From an uncultured Pseudomonadota bacterium (GTDB taxonomy: Bacteria; Pseudomonadota; Alphaproteobacteria; Acetobacterales; Acetobacteraceae): a stretch of 64,000 bases of DNA. This document shows, in pieces, positions 9,184 through 18,453 of the stretch. The position numbers and the translations under genes were made by a program. The notes beneath the pieces were generated by a model. It worked only from the letters and a program-made list of their open reading frames with translations. It made no database searches and was not told the DNA's origin. The DNA is taken from assembly GCA_963708245.1 (NCBI GenBank), contig OY970201.1, forward strand, positions 3,887,557 through 3,951,556, given 5' to 3'. The number at the start of each line of letters is the position of its first letter. Position 1 is the stretch's first letter.

Positions 9184-10170
9184 ATGATCATGTTCTGGAT
9201 AGCCGTCCTGATCATCAGCACGCTGCTTTACGTGCTGCTCGACGGATTCGATCTCGGCGTCGGCATTCTGTTCGGCCTGACACGCCACGAAACCAGACGG
9301 GCCGCCATGATGAGCGCGGTCTCCCCGATCTGGGACGGCAACGAGACCTGGCTGGTGGTCGCCGGGGTGGTGCTGTGGGGTGCGTTTCCGATCGTTTATG
9401 CGACGCTGTTCTCCGCGTTCTATCTACCGCTGCTACTGATGCTGGCGGGACTGATCCTGCGCGGCGTTGCCTTCGAATATCGCCATAAGACGGAGCGGAT
9501 GCGGTGGGTGTGGGATGCCGCGTTTGCCGGCGGATCGCTCGTCGCCGCGTTCATCCAGGGCCTGATGGTGGGAGCCCTGGTCGAGGGACTGCCCATCACG
9601 AACGGCCAATATACCGGCGGCATGTTCGGCTGGTTCAGCCCCTTTTCCATCCTCTGTGGCATCGGCCTATGCCTGGGCTATTCGCTGCTCGGTGCCTGCT
9701 GGCTTGTCAACAAATGTGAGGGTGAAGTCCGCGACGCTGCTTATCGTCTAATCCCTACCCTGGCGATTGGCCTGCTTGTTTTCCTGATCGTCGTATTTGC
9801 TTACGCCCTCGCGGAAAACCTGCGCGTCATTGCAAGATGGCTCGAGCGTCCGTCCCTATTCGTGTTCCCCGCGATCGGCGTCATTGCCGCGCTTGTCGCC
9901 GTCCGAAGCGTTCGTCTCCGCCGGGACGGGATCCCGTTCATCATGGTCGCGCTGATTTTCGCTGCGGCCTTCGCGACGCTGGCACTCTCGTTCTGGCCGT
10001 ACATGATCCCATTCTCGATCACGATCGAAGAAGCCGCGGCGCCCCATTCCAGTCTGGCCTTCATGTTCTGGTTTGCGGGCATCATCGTTTTCCCGCTGAT
10101 GCTCATCTACACCGCGATCAGCCTCATCGTTTTCCGCGGCAAGGTCACGGCTTCAGAGGTGCATTATTAG
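9184..10170 (+). CDS. cydB: cytochrome bd-type ubiquinol oxidase subunit II
   Basis: 328 aa. LLDGFDLGVGIL, PIWDGNETWLV. Starts immediately after cydA. Confidence 0.9.
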   Translation: MIMFWIAVLIISTLLYVLLDGFDLGVGILFGLTRHETRRAAMMSAVSPIWDGNETWLVVAGVVLWGAFPIVYATLFSAFYLPLLLMLAGLILRGVAFEYRHKTERMRWVWDAAFAGGSLVAAFIQGLMVGALVEGLPITNGQYTGGMFGWFSPFSILCGIGLCLGYSLLGACWLVNKCEGEVRDAAYRLIPTLAIGLLVFLIVVFAYALAENLRVIARWLERPSLFVFPAIGVIAALVAVRSVRLRRDGIPFIMVALIFAAAFATLALSFWPYMIPFSITIEEAAAPHSSLAFMFWFAGIIVFPLMLIYTAISLIVFRGKVTASEVHY

Positions 10171-10215
10171 AACCATCCAGCATCCGGTTCATCCCAAAGC
10201 AAAGGAGTTAGTTCC

Positions 10216-11181
10216 GTGCCATCTTCAAGCAGTGCCACCGCCGAACCTGCGAAACCCGCCGTTGAGCGGCATAGATCGGCTGCGTTTGTCATCAGGAGTA
10301 TCGGTGTCGTCGGTTTGGGCCATATGGGCCGCGCTTTTGCGACCAACCTTATTGAGGACGGATACCAGGTACTGGTTTATGATCGGGATCCGAAGCGGGT
10401 AGCGGATTTGGTGGCGACCGGCGCTCGCGGTGCGGCGCAGCTCAGCGATCTTGCCAACTGCGATGTGGTCCTGACCTCTCTGCCAGACGATGATGCGCTG
10501 GCAGCGGTTGCGCTCGCGCCTGACGGTTTGGCGAGCTTTCTCGCGGTCAATGCGGTGCACATTTCAACCAGCACTGTCAGCCCGGCTTTGTCCCGCCGGG
10601 TCGCCGAAGAGCATGCCAGTCGCGGTCAGGATTACGTCGCCGCTCCTGTACTTGGGAATCCGGACTTCGCCAGGACACGCAAGCTCTTTGTGCTTGCCGC
10701 GGGCGCGCCCTCTGCGCTCGTGAAGGTTCGGCCGTTACTCGAGCGCCTTAGCCAGCGGCTGTTCGTAATCGGCGAAGATGCCGCTTCGGCCAACCTGTTC
10801 AAGCTCGCCGCCAATGTTCTGACCGCGACGACACTGCAGTGCATGGGCGAGGTCCTGGCTTTGTTGCGCAAAGGTGGGATCGATAGCCAGCTTGGGTTCG
10901 AAGTACTGACCAATTCGCTGTTTGACTCGCGCGTCCACAAGAACTATGGCGCGAAGATAGTCGAGGCGCGCTACAGCCCACCGGGAATGGCTGTACCGCT
11001 CGCCATCAAGGATCTGCGCCTCGCTTTGGCCGAAGCCGAGCGAGCTGCTGTGCCGATGCCCGCTGCAAGCCTCGTTCACGACCGGCTTGTGGCAATGGCG
11101 GCGCGCGGCTGGACCGATCTCGACTGGTCGGCGCTCGGCCTGCTCGCTTCTGTTGATGCGGGTATCGACGATCATCGCTGA
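10216..11181 (+). CDS. NAD(P)-dependent oxidoreductase, 3-hydroxyisobutyrate/6-phosphogluconate dehydrogenase family
   Basis: GTG start 8 nt after AGGAG. Rossmann motif IGVVGLGHMGRAFATNL. LFKLAANVL-type helix in the C-terminal domain. Confidence 0.8.
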   Translation: MPSSSSATAEPAKPAVERHRSAAFVIRSIGVVGLGHMGRAFATNLIEDGYQVLVYDRDPKRVADLVATGARGAAQLSDLANCDVVLTSLPDDDALAAVALAPDGLASFLAVNAVHISTSTVSPALSRRVAEEHASRGQDYVAAPVLGNPDFARTRKLFVLAAGAPSALVKVRPLLERLSQRLFVIGEDAASANLFKLAANVLTATTLQCMGEVLALLRKGGIDSQLGFEVLTNSLFDSRVHKNYGAKIVEARYSPPGMAVPLAIKDLRLALAEAERAAVPMPAASLVHDRLVAMAARGWTDLDWSALGLLASVDAGIDDHR

Positions 11182-11189
11182 GGCTACCC

Positions 11190-12431
11190 ACCATCCGCCT
11201 CCACGAGGGGCCGCGCTCGCGCCCCTACCCCACGCCGGCCCAAAAACAGCCCTACGGCCCAGTGGCATGGGCCGAGGCGGCGAAAGAGATGGGGTATCAG
11301 CCATTCCCACAATCGTCCGGCAATCTCTCACAAGCGTACACCAACCCGGACGGCGTCACAATCGGTCCCTGCACTTATTGCGGCTTCTGCGAGCGGTTCG
11401 GCTGTGGCAATTACTCGAAGGCCAGCCCGCAGACCACAATTCTGCCACTGCTAATGCGCCGCGAAAACTTTGAAGCGCGCACCGAGTGCGAGGTCACGCA
11501 AATCAACCTCGACAGCACCGGCAAACGGGCTACCGGAGTTACCTATGTCGATTCGGAAGGCCGCGAGTGGGAACAGCCGGCCGAGATGGTCTTTCTGTGC
11601 GCATTTCAGATGTTCAATGTGCAACTGCTACTGCTCTCCGGCATCGGCCAGCCGTACGATGTCAGCACCGGCAAGGGCGTAATCGGCCGCAACTTCTCCT
11701 ATCAGGTTACGTCCAGCGTGCAGGGGTTCTTCGACAACAAGATTTTCAACACCTTCATCGGCGGCGGCGCCATAGGCATGTGCATCGACGACTACAACGG
11801 CGACAATTTCGACCACGGCCCCTACGGGTTCGTGGGAGGCGGCTACATGGGGATGGTGCAGACGAACGCCCGGCCGATCGAAACAACGCCGACGCCGCCT
11901 GGCACACCGCTATGGGGAGCCATATGGAAGAAGGCGGTCAAGGACAGCTATCTCAGCACCATCCTGCCAGCCACACATGGAAGCTGCTACAGCTACCGCG
12001 ACTGCTATCTCGATCTCGACCCCACCTACACCGACCGCTTCGGCCGCCCGCTGATGCGGCTGACCTTCGACTACCACGAAAACGAACTCAAGATGTCGCA
12101 GTTTCTGACGGATAAGCTTGCCGAGATCGTGCAGCGTATGGGGCCTCGGCAGATCGTCAAGCTGCCGCGCACCGGCCCTTTCAACATAGTGCCCTATCAA
12201 ACAACACATACCTGCGGAGGAGCGGTCATGGGTACCGACCCGACGACCAGCGCGCTTAACCGCTACCTGCAGAGCTGGGATGTGCACAATCTGTTTGTGA
12301 TGGGCGCGACGGCGTTCCCGCAGAACGCAGGCTACAACCCGACCGACACCGTCGCCGCGCTGTGCTTCTGGTCGCTCGACGCGATCCACAAGCAATATCT
12401 GAAGAACCCCGGGCCGTTGATGCACGCGTAA
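11190..12431 (+). pseudogene. gluconate 2-dehydrogenase-type GMC flavoprotein subunit, 5'-truncated (FAD-binding N-terminus missing)
   Basis: Homology (HEGPRSRPYPTPAQKQPYGPVAWAEAAKEMGYQPFP...CTYCGFCERFGCGNYSKASPQ...HTCGGAVMG) starts directly after the stop of the preceding gene. About 170-190 N-terminal residues, and the small TAT subunit gene usual in this operon type, are absent. The only possible start is an internal GTG (11262). Confidence 0.65.
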
Positions 12432-12442
12432 GGAGTGGTGTC

Positions 12443-13678
12443 ATGCGACATGCCCTCCCCGCTCTCGCGCTAGTGCTGATCACCACCACGGCCGCGCGGG
12501 CACAGAACCCGGACAAGCAGTCGTTCGAGGTCATCCAGCATGGCCGTTACATGGCAACCGCCGCCGACTGCACAGCCTGTCACACGGCGAAGGGTGGCAG
12601 GCCCTTCGCCGGAGGAGGCGCCCTTGAAACTCCCTTTGGCATCCTGCTCGCCCCGAACATTACGCCGGATATGCAAACCGGCATCGGTGGCTGGACTGAC
12701 GACGAATTTGTCGACGCAGTGCAGAACGGCATCGGGGGTCACGGCATTCATCTCTACCCCGCCATGCCCTATACGTACTATACGAGAATGACCCGCGCGG
12801 ATGTGCTTGCGATCCGTGCCTATCTCGACACCGTGGAGCCTGTCAACAACAAGGTGATTGCGAACCAGTTACCGTTCCCATTCAATCAGCGCGAGTCCAT
12901 GATCGGGTGGAATGCACTGTATTTTACCCCGGGCGAATTCAAACCTGATACCAGCCAATCGGAAGAGTGGAACCGAGGCGCGTATCTGGTCGAGGGCGCG
13001 GAGCATTGCGGCTTATGTCACACGCCGAAGAACGCCATGGGAGGCGACGAGAGCGGCCGGGCGATGCGGGGTTCGGCGCTGCAGAACTGGTATGCTCCGG
13101 GCCTGACCGGCAATCGCCGCGTCGGTCTCGGCGACTGGACGATCGACGATATCGCGCTCTACCTCAAGACCGGACGTAATCGCTTCGACATTGCCTCTGG
13201 ACCAATGGCGGAGGCAGTTACGCACTCCCTGTCGCACCTGACCGGTGCCGATATACGGGCGATGGCGGTCTATCTTAAGAGCCTGCCCGCAGGCGGCGGC
13301 ACACTACCACAGCCGATCTCTGCGGAGGAGCCCAAGATGCAGCAGGGGGGCGCGATCTACTATAATCAATGCGCCGCCTGCCACGGCGGGGAAGGTCAAG
13401 GAATCGTGGGATTGTTCCCACGCCTGGCTGGAGCTCCGCTCGTGCAGCAGGACCAGGCCACCAGCCTGATCCGCGTGGTGCTGGAGGGCTCGCGTGCTGT
13501 CGGCACAGCAGGAGCTCCCACGAGCCCGGCGATGCCCTCGTTCGCCTGGAAACTTTCCGATGATGAGATAGCCGCTGTCGTCACCTATATCCGCAACGCC
13601 TGGGGCAATGCTGCACCCGGTGTTCAGGCGAGCGATGTCGGCAACATGAGGGATTCGCTGCATCGTGAAGCGCAATGA
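12443..13678 (+). CDS. triheme cytochrome c subunit of a membrane-bound flavoprotein dehydrogenase
   Basis: ATG 12443 follows AGGAG. Signal peptide MRHALPALALVLITTTAARA. Three CxxCH motifs: CTACH, CGLCH, CAACH. Confidence 0.85.
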   Translation: MRHALPALALVLITTTAARAQNPDKQSFEVIQHGRYMATAADCTACHTAKGGRPFAGGGALETPFGILLAPNITPDMQTGIGGWTDDEFVDAVQNGIGGHGIHLYPAMPYTYYTRMTRADVLAIRAYLDTVEPVNNKVIANQLPFPFNQRESMIGWNALYFTPGEFKPDTSQSEEWNRGAYLVEGAEHCGLCHTPKNAMGGDESGRAMRGSALQNWYAPGLTGNRRVGLGDWTIDDIALYLKTGRNRFDIASGPMAEAVTHSLSHLTGADIRAMAVYLKSLPAGGGTLPQPISAEEPKMQQGGAIYYNQCAACHGGEGQGIVGLFPRLAGAPLVQQDQATSLIRVVLEGSRAVGTAGAPTSPAMPSFAWKLSDDEIAAVVTYIRNAWGNAAPGVQASDVGNMRDSLHREAQ

Positions 13679-14019
13679 ATGCCGCAACACGCTTCGCGAT
13701 GCCAGGTTCAGGAGTGCGTTACATGATCAGAGCAATGGGGGTCGTGCAAACGATCCTGATCGCTTCCACCACCATTGTCCTTGCACAAGGCAACAACCCG
13801 TCGCCTGTATCGCAGGGCGCTCAGCCACCGCAGGTGCTCGGCCCGACTGGCACGATGTACGATGGCAATAACGCCAACCCGCAATTGCCAGCCGAACCGA
13901 ACGGATACTGGGTAAATCTTTGGGCCGCGCCGATCTCGGCGGAAAATACCGGCCCCGCCTCGAATGCGGGCGCCGCTCCCGCTTCTGTCAGTGGTTCCCC
14001 GGTTGGAGGTCAACATTGA
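13675..14019 (+). CDS. hypothetical small secreted protein (start uncertain)
   Basis: 114-aa ORF. An internal MIRAMGVVQTILIASTTIVLAQG looks like a signal peptide. Low-complexity P/A/G-rich mature part. No recognisable family. Confidence 0.35.
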   Translation: MNAATRFAMPGSGVRYMIRAMGVVQTILIASTTIVLAQGNNPSPVSQGAQPPQVLGPTGTMYDGNNANPQLPAEPNGYWVNLWAAPISAENTGPASNAGAAPASVSGSPVGGQH

Positions 14020-14033
14020 TCCGCTCTAAACGC

Positions 14034-14504
14034 ATGCTCAGGGAGCGCTGCTTCTGGCTGAGCCTGCTGGGCGGTCTATTCGCGACCGGTTTCGCGCACG
14101 GGCAAACCTCGCAAGTCCAAACCCTAAGCCTGGACGGCGCCCGTGCCGTGCTCCACGCGGCCGAACAAAAGGCGCAGCAACTTTCGGCACCTTCTTCACT
14201 CGCCGTCGTCAATGCCGCCGGCGACTTGATCCTGTTTGAACAGATGCAAGGCGCGCGCCCGATCGGCATCGAGCTCGCCATCGGCAAAGCTCGTTCCGCC
14301 GCGCGCTACCAGGAAGCCACGCAGGCGCTTGAGGCGACGATCAACACCGGCCGGCCAGCCGCAATCACCTCTGAGATGATTCAGATGGATGGCGGCGTGC
14401 CGATCCATGTCGGCGGTACGGTCGTTGGGGCTGTAGGCGTGAGCGGTTTGGAGAAAGGCAATGACATACAGATCGCGGAAACGGCCGCGGCCGTTGTGAA
14501 ATAG
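14034..14504 (+). CDS. GlcG/HbpS-like (DUF336) heme-binding protein
   Basis: Start MLRERCFWLSLLGGLFATGFAHG (signal peptide). LAIGKARSAARY and VGAVGVSGL blocks typical of the GlcG family. Confidence 0.75.
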   Translation: MLRERCFWLSLLGGLFATGFAHGQTSQVQTLSLDGARAVLHAAEQKAQQLSAPSSLAVVNAAGDLILFEQMQGARPIGIELAIGKARSAARYQEATQALEATINTGRPAAITSEMIQMDGGVPIHVGGTVVGAVGVSGLEKGNDIQIAETAAAVVK

Positions 14505-14540
14505 GGCCTTCTTCGACCACAGAACAAGGAAAGGATAGCC

Positions 14541-15025
14541 ATGGAACGCCCGCTATCACCATTCATGTTTCCGACGTGGTACCGCTTTCAGATCACGTCG
14601 GCCTTGTCGATCCTGGACCGGCTCACCGGCATTAGCCTCGCCGTCGGCTCGATCCTGCTCGCCTGGTGGCTCGTTGCTGTGGCGATGGGCGGCCAGGTGT
14701 TCGCGGCGACGCACGCCTTTATCGCCTCACCAATCGGCGTGCCGCTGCTGTTCCTCTGGTCGGTCGCGTTCTCTTACCATCTCTGTAACGGCGTCCGGCA
14801 CCTCGCCTCGGATGCCGGGATGCGCACAAGGAGCCGATTTCGGTGATCCCCACGGTCCATTACGTGATGGGCAGTATCCCGACCACGATCCACGCAGAGG
14901 TTGCCTGCCCGACCGAGGAAGACCCGGACGCAGTCGTGCCGGGGCTTATGGCGATCGGCGAGGCGGCGTCCGTCTCCGTACAGGCGCCAATCGGCTCGAT
15001 GACTTGTGATCGTCGGCGCGTCTAA
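14541..15025 (+). pseudogene. degenerate sdhC'-'sdhA fusion remnant (internally deleted copy of the sdh operon)
   Basis: About 14530-14812 is a diverged copy of 18443-18725 (the first ~88 codons of sdhC, 7 aa differences). 14819-15000 matches sdhA 20300-20481 ([17 protein letters not shown]...[15 protein letters not shown]). Confidence 0.75.
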
Positions 15026-15566
15026 AACCCCCAGGACAGGCGTTGCCATCCCCGCTGATGAGTCACATTCTGGAAAACACCGACGACGGTCTCCTGGCTC
15101 GCTTGGCCGCTGCAATTGGCGTCTGTTGCTCTGCGCGGCGGAGAGCGCCGTGGACGCCACGCCGGCAACATAATTGTGCCCTTCTTCCGTATCCGGGGTC
15201 TACGGCGCCGGTTGGAAACCGGGTTCGCGCGATCCTGGGCCAAGAATCGCTCTCACAAGGCTCTCCTCCGAGACCATTGACCTCGCAGGCAGATGATGTC
15301 GCGGCGGGCGGCTTGTTGCGCGGTCCCCTCTATCTCGGCCACCTACAGCCTGCGGCAGTGACTGCTCTGTTCCGAGCGCGCTCGCGGCGACGTTGTCGAA
15401 GTAAACGGCCTCAATTCGTCGACGAAAAGAGGTCGGTGCTCAGATCGAGAGCCGTTTGGAGTACGTCGATCAAGGATTGAGGCCGTTCGCTAACTAACTC
15501 CTCTGAACCGACCTCAGAATGCCCATGGGCGGGGGGCAGACCTGCCCTGACACAGGAGAAAGCAAA

Positions 15567-15869
15567 ATGCGACATGCCACAGTCGCGGCATCCGTGTTCT
15601 TGGCGCTTGGCCTGACAATGGCCACCGGAGCCTACGCGCAGACCAAGTCCACCAACTGCGGCCACTCGACACCGGCCGAGGCCGGCGGCGGCAATGGCGG
15701 AAAGCAGCCCGAATACGCTCAGGCCGGGGCTGGTAATAGCGGGGCGACTAAGCCCGCCGAAGCCGGCGGCGGCAATGGCGGAAAGCAGCCCGAATACGCC
15801 GAGGCCGGCGGCGGCAACGGCGGACAGAGCGCGCCGTGGAAGACCGCGGCAGCCGGCCCGTGCCCGTAA
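15567..15869 (+). CDS. hypothetical secreted repeat protein (AEAGGGNGGKQPEYA repeats)
   Basis: ATG 15567 follows GGAGAAAG. Signal peptide MRHATVAASVFLALGLTMATGAYA. The mature part is built from tandem Gly/Asn-rich repeats. Confidence 0.5.
   Translation: MRHATVAASVFLALGLTMATGAYAQTKSTNCGHSTPAEAGGGNGGKQPEYAQAGAGNSGATKPAEAGGGNGGKQPEYAEAGGGNGGQSAPWKTAAAGPCP
15681..15824. repeat. in-frame tandem repeat (81-nt period, then a 42-nt partial unit)
   Basis: An identical 38-mer GCCGGCGGCGGCAATGGCGGAAAGCAGCCCGAATACGC occurs at 15681-15718 and 15762-15799. A partial third copy is at 15804-15824. Confidence 0.85.
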
Positions 15870-15938
15870 GGCAGGATCGCAGTCGCGCCCGATATCGTTC
15901 AACCGCCAGCTTCGGTTCCAATCCCGGAAGGACTGTCG

Positions 15939-16170
15939 ATGGCAAAAACGGTTGCAGATCAATTCGCGGAAACGCTCGCAATAGCAGGCGTCAAGCGCAT
16001 CTACGGCGTCGTGGGAGATACCCTGAACGACATCGCTGATGCCATTCGCCGGCACGGCAAGATCGAGTGGGTACACGTCCGGCACGAAGAGGTTGCCGCC
16101 TTCGCGGCGGGCGCCAAGGCCCCATCTGACCGGCCAGCTTGCCGTCTGCGCGGGAAGTTGCGGGCGTTTC
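15939..16170 (+). pseudogene. poxB: N-terminal remnant of an E. coli-type PoxB, frameshifted
   Basis: [59 protein letters not shown], then a frame change to [13 protein letters not shown], then the homology ends. Confidence 0.65.
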
Positions 16171-16295
16171 CAGCCCGCGCCCAAGGACTCGTGCGGTCCA
16201 GACCCCAGTTTCGCCTGTAGTCAATCAGCGGATCACACAAGGATTTGCCGCTACTGGCGGCGACTCCCCCGACCCAGCAAACTCAGGAGGCGCAG

Positions 16296-17990
16296 ATGTC
16301 ACAGACAGTAGCGACTATTTTGGTCGACGCGCTCGAAAAGATCGGCGTCACGCACATATTCGGCCTCATTAGCGACTCGACTAACCACATCGCCGACGCT
16401 GTCCGCCACAGCAAAATTGAATGGATCGGCGTCCGCCACGAAGAAGGGGCGGCGCTCGCGGCCGCGGGCCAGGCTAAACTCACCGGTCGGCTCGGTGTGT
16501 GTTGCGGATCAACCGGGCCCGGCAGCAACCATCTCGTTGCCGGCCTCTATGAAGCAAGTCGTGACCACGCGCCGGTTCTCGCGCTCTCCGGGGACATGCC
16601 GCGCAAGATGCAGGGCACCGACTATTTTCAGGCGACAGATCCCAACATGCTGTTCCGTGACGTCTCGCTCTACACCGAGACCATTTCCTCGCCGGCACAG
16701 GCGCCGGCCGTCATCCATCAGGCCATCGCCGCCGCCTATGCCGGCCGCGGCGTCGCGCATTTGACGCTGCCGCAAGACGTCAGCAGCGCGAGCGCCGAGG
16801 GCAGCGTTTCGAGCCTCGCCACGCTCAAGCCGCGACCCGAAATCGTCGCGAGCGAAGCCGATATTGCCGAGATCGCTCCCCGCATCGACCAAGCCGGCAG
16901 CATCGTGATCATGTGCGGGGCCGGATGTCATGGCGCCGCCGACGAATTGCGCGCGCTCTCCGATCGGCTCAAGGCGCCATTGATCCATTCCGTCAAAGGC
17001 AAAGACATCATGCCTTACGACGACCCGCGCTGGATGGGCGGCATCGGGATGATCGGAACGAAGCCGGACTATCACGCCGCCATGCATTGCGATCTGTTTC
17101 TGATGCTCGGCACCGACTATCCCTATTTGGAATTCTTGCCCCGCGAATGCGTCGTCATCCAGGTGGATGAGCGGGCGCGGGTGATCGGCCGCCGCGCGCC
17201 GACCGACCTCGGTGTCATCGGCTCGGTGCGGCCGACGGTCAAATCGCTGCTCGATCGGGTGAAGCCGAAGAGCGACACCGAATTCTTCGACAAGGTTGCG
17301 GCCCAGCGCAAGGCCTGGGACGAGATGCTGGACAAGCAGTCCGATCCCGCGCGCAGCAAGGACCGCATTCATCCGCAGGCTGTGGCGCGTTCTGTGAGCG
17401 ACCTCGCCGCGCGCGATGCCGTGTTCGTTATCGACACCGGGCTCAACACGCTCTGGTCGGGCAACTGGATCCGTCAGAGCGGCGAGCAGCGGATTATCGG
17501 CTCCTTCAACAATGGCGCCGTCGGCACCGCCCTTGGCCAGGCCAATGGCATCCAGGCGCTCGACCGTTCGCGCCAGGTTATCGCGCTCTGCGGCGACGGT
17601 GGTTTCAACATGCTGATGTGCGAATTCCTCACTGCGGTGCAGCATAAGCTGCCGGTGAAAGCCGTGGTCTATAACAATTCGGCCTTCGGACTGATCACGC
17701 TGGAGGCCGAAGCGCTCGGGTTGCCGGCCTGGAAAAAGGCCATTGACTTCCCCAATCCGGATTATGTGGCGCTGGCGCGCGCCTGCGGCGGGGTAGGCTT
17801 CAAGGCCGAAAAGCCTGGCGAGTTGCGCGGCGCCATCGACGCGGCGCTCAAAGCCGATGGCCCGGCCATTGTCGACTGCGTGGTTCCGGCCGACGAATTG
17901 CCCAACGTTCCGCATCTTGAGCTGGAAACGATGGGTAATTACGCCAGGGCAAAGATCAAGGAAACGATACTTGCGGTTACCGGCGGGTGA
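16296..17990 (+). CDS. poxB: thiamine-diphosphate-dependent pyruvate dehydrogenase (quinone)/pyruvate oxidase family protein
   Basis: ATG 16296 follows CAGGAGG. 564 aa. KIEWIGVRHEEGAALAAAGQAKLTGRLGVCCGSTGPGSNHL. TPP motif CGDGGFNMLMCEF...NN. Confidence 0.8.
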   Translation: MSQTVATILVDALEKIGVTHIFGLISDSTNHIADAVRHSKIEWIGVRHEEGAALAAAGQAKLTGRLGVCCGSTGPGSNHLVAGLYEASRDHAPVLALSGDMPRKMQGTDYFQATDPNMLFRDVSLYTETISSPAQAPAVIHQAIAAAYAGRGVAHLTLPQDVSSASAEGSVSSLATLKPRPEIVASEADIAEIAPRIDQAGSIVIMCGAGCHGAADELRALSDRLKAPLIHSVKGKDIMPYDDPRWMGGIGMIGTKPDYHAAMHCDLFLMLGTDYPYLEFLPRECVVIQVDERARVIGRRAPTDLGVIGSVRPTVKSLLDRVKPKSDTEFFDKVAAQRKAWDEMLDKQSDPARSKDRIHPQAVARSVSDLAARDAVFVIDTGLNTLWSGNWIRQSGEQRIIGSFNNGAVGTALGQANGIQALDRSRQVIALCGDGGFNMLMCEFLTAVQHKLPVKAVVYNNSAFGLITLEAEALGLPAWKKAIDFPNPDYVALARACGGVGFKAEKPGELRGAIDAALKADGPAIVDCVVPADELPNVPHLELETMGNYARAKIKETILAVTGG

Positions 17991-18018
17991 CGGAGCACGG
18001 CGATGGCGCGGTCGTCAG

Positions 18019-18126
18019 GGCGCGATGGAATGGATTCGCCCCCAACACGAGGGGGTGGCGGCGTTCGCCGCCACCGCGGCTCGTCTGGCGGGTCATCTCG
18101 CCGTCCACGATGAAGCAGCGGGCTGA
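18019..18126 (+). pseudogene. second short PoxB N-terminal fragment
   Basis: The frame of ORF 17857..18126 ends GAMEWIRPQHEGVAAFAATAARLAGHLAV. Compare the PoxB block IEW...[20 protein letters not shown]. Confidence 0.4.
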
Positions 18127-18175
18127 TCTCGTTGTCGGGCGAGGGCGGCTTGGGACTAATCGAAGGAGCGCTTCG

Positions 18176-18451
18176 ATGGACGCACTCGAGCCCGATATCC
18201 GCCACAGGTGGTTCCTGTTCCGCTCTTGGCACCGCGGCACACAGGAGGTCGACCTCATTTTCGGCTCGTTCGCCGAGACCTTTCTCACTGGCTTTGATAC
18301 TGCCCAGTTGGATCAATTCGAAGCCTTGCTCGACTGCGCCGATGCCGATTTGCTCGATTGGATCACCGGCCGCAGCACGCCACCACCAGAATACAATCAC
18401 GACGTGATGCACCTGCTGCGCTCTTCACAATATGGAAACACGAAAGGATAG
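18176..18451 (+). CDS. sdhE: FAD assembly factor SdhE (Sdh5/DUF339)
   Basis: ATG 18176 follows AAGGAG. RHRWFLFRSWHRGTQEVDLIFGSF...FEALLDCADADLLDWITG matches the SdhE family pattern. Confidence 0.8.
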   Translation: MDALEPDIRHRWFLFRSWHRGTQEVDLIFGSFAETFLTGFDTAQLDQFEALLDCADADLLDWITGRSTPPPEYNHDVMHLLRSSQYGNTKG

Positions 18452-18453
18452 CC

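Noticed and set aside
15681-15824. Possible CRISPR-like or intergenic repeat array
   Set aside because: There are only 2.5 units with no spacer-like unique segments of constant length. The repeats are in frame inside a signal-peptide-bearing ORF, so this is a coding tandem repeat.
16509-17915. 468-aa minus-strand ORF. Similar long antisense ORFs were seen at 20135..21079, 23654..24622, 24586..25383, 38923..39690, 52485..53858, 59882..61030 and 63327..63908.
   Set aside because: Each is fully embedded opposite a gene with strong family motifs (poxB, sdhA, lutA/B, mnmE, rho, pyrF, the PhaC-like gene). Each shows low-complexity Arg/Ala/Pro-rich composition and has no recognisable domain.
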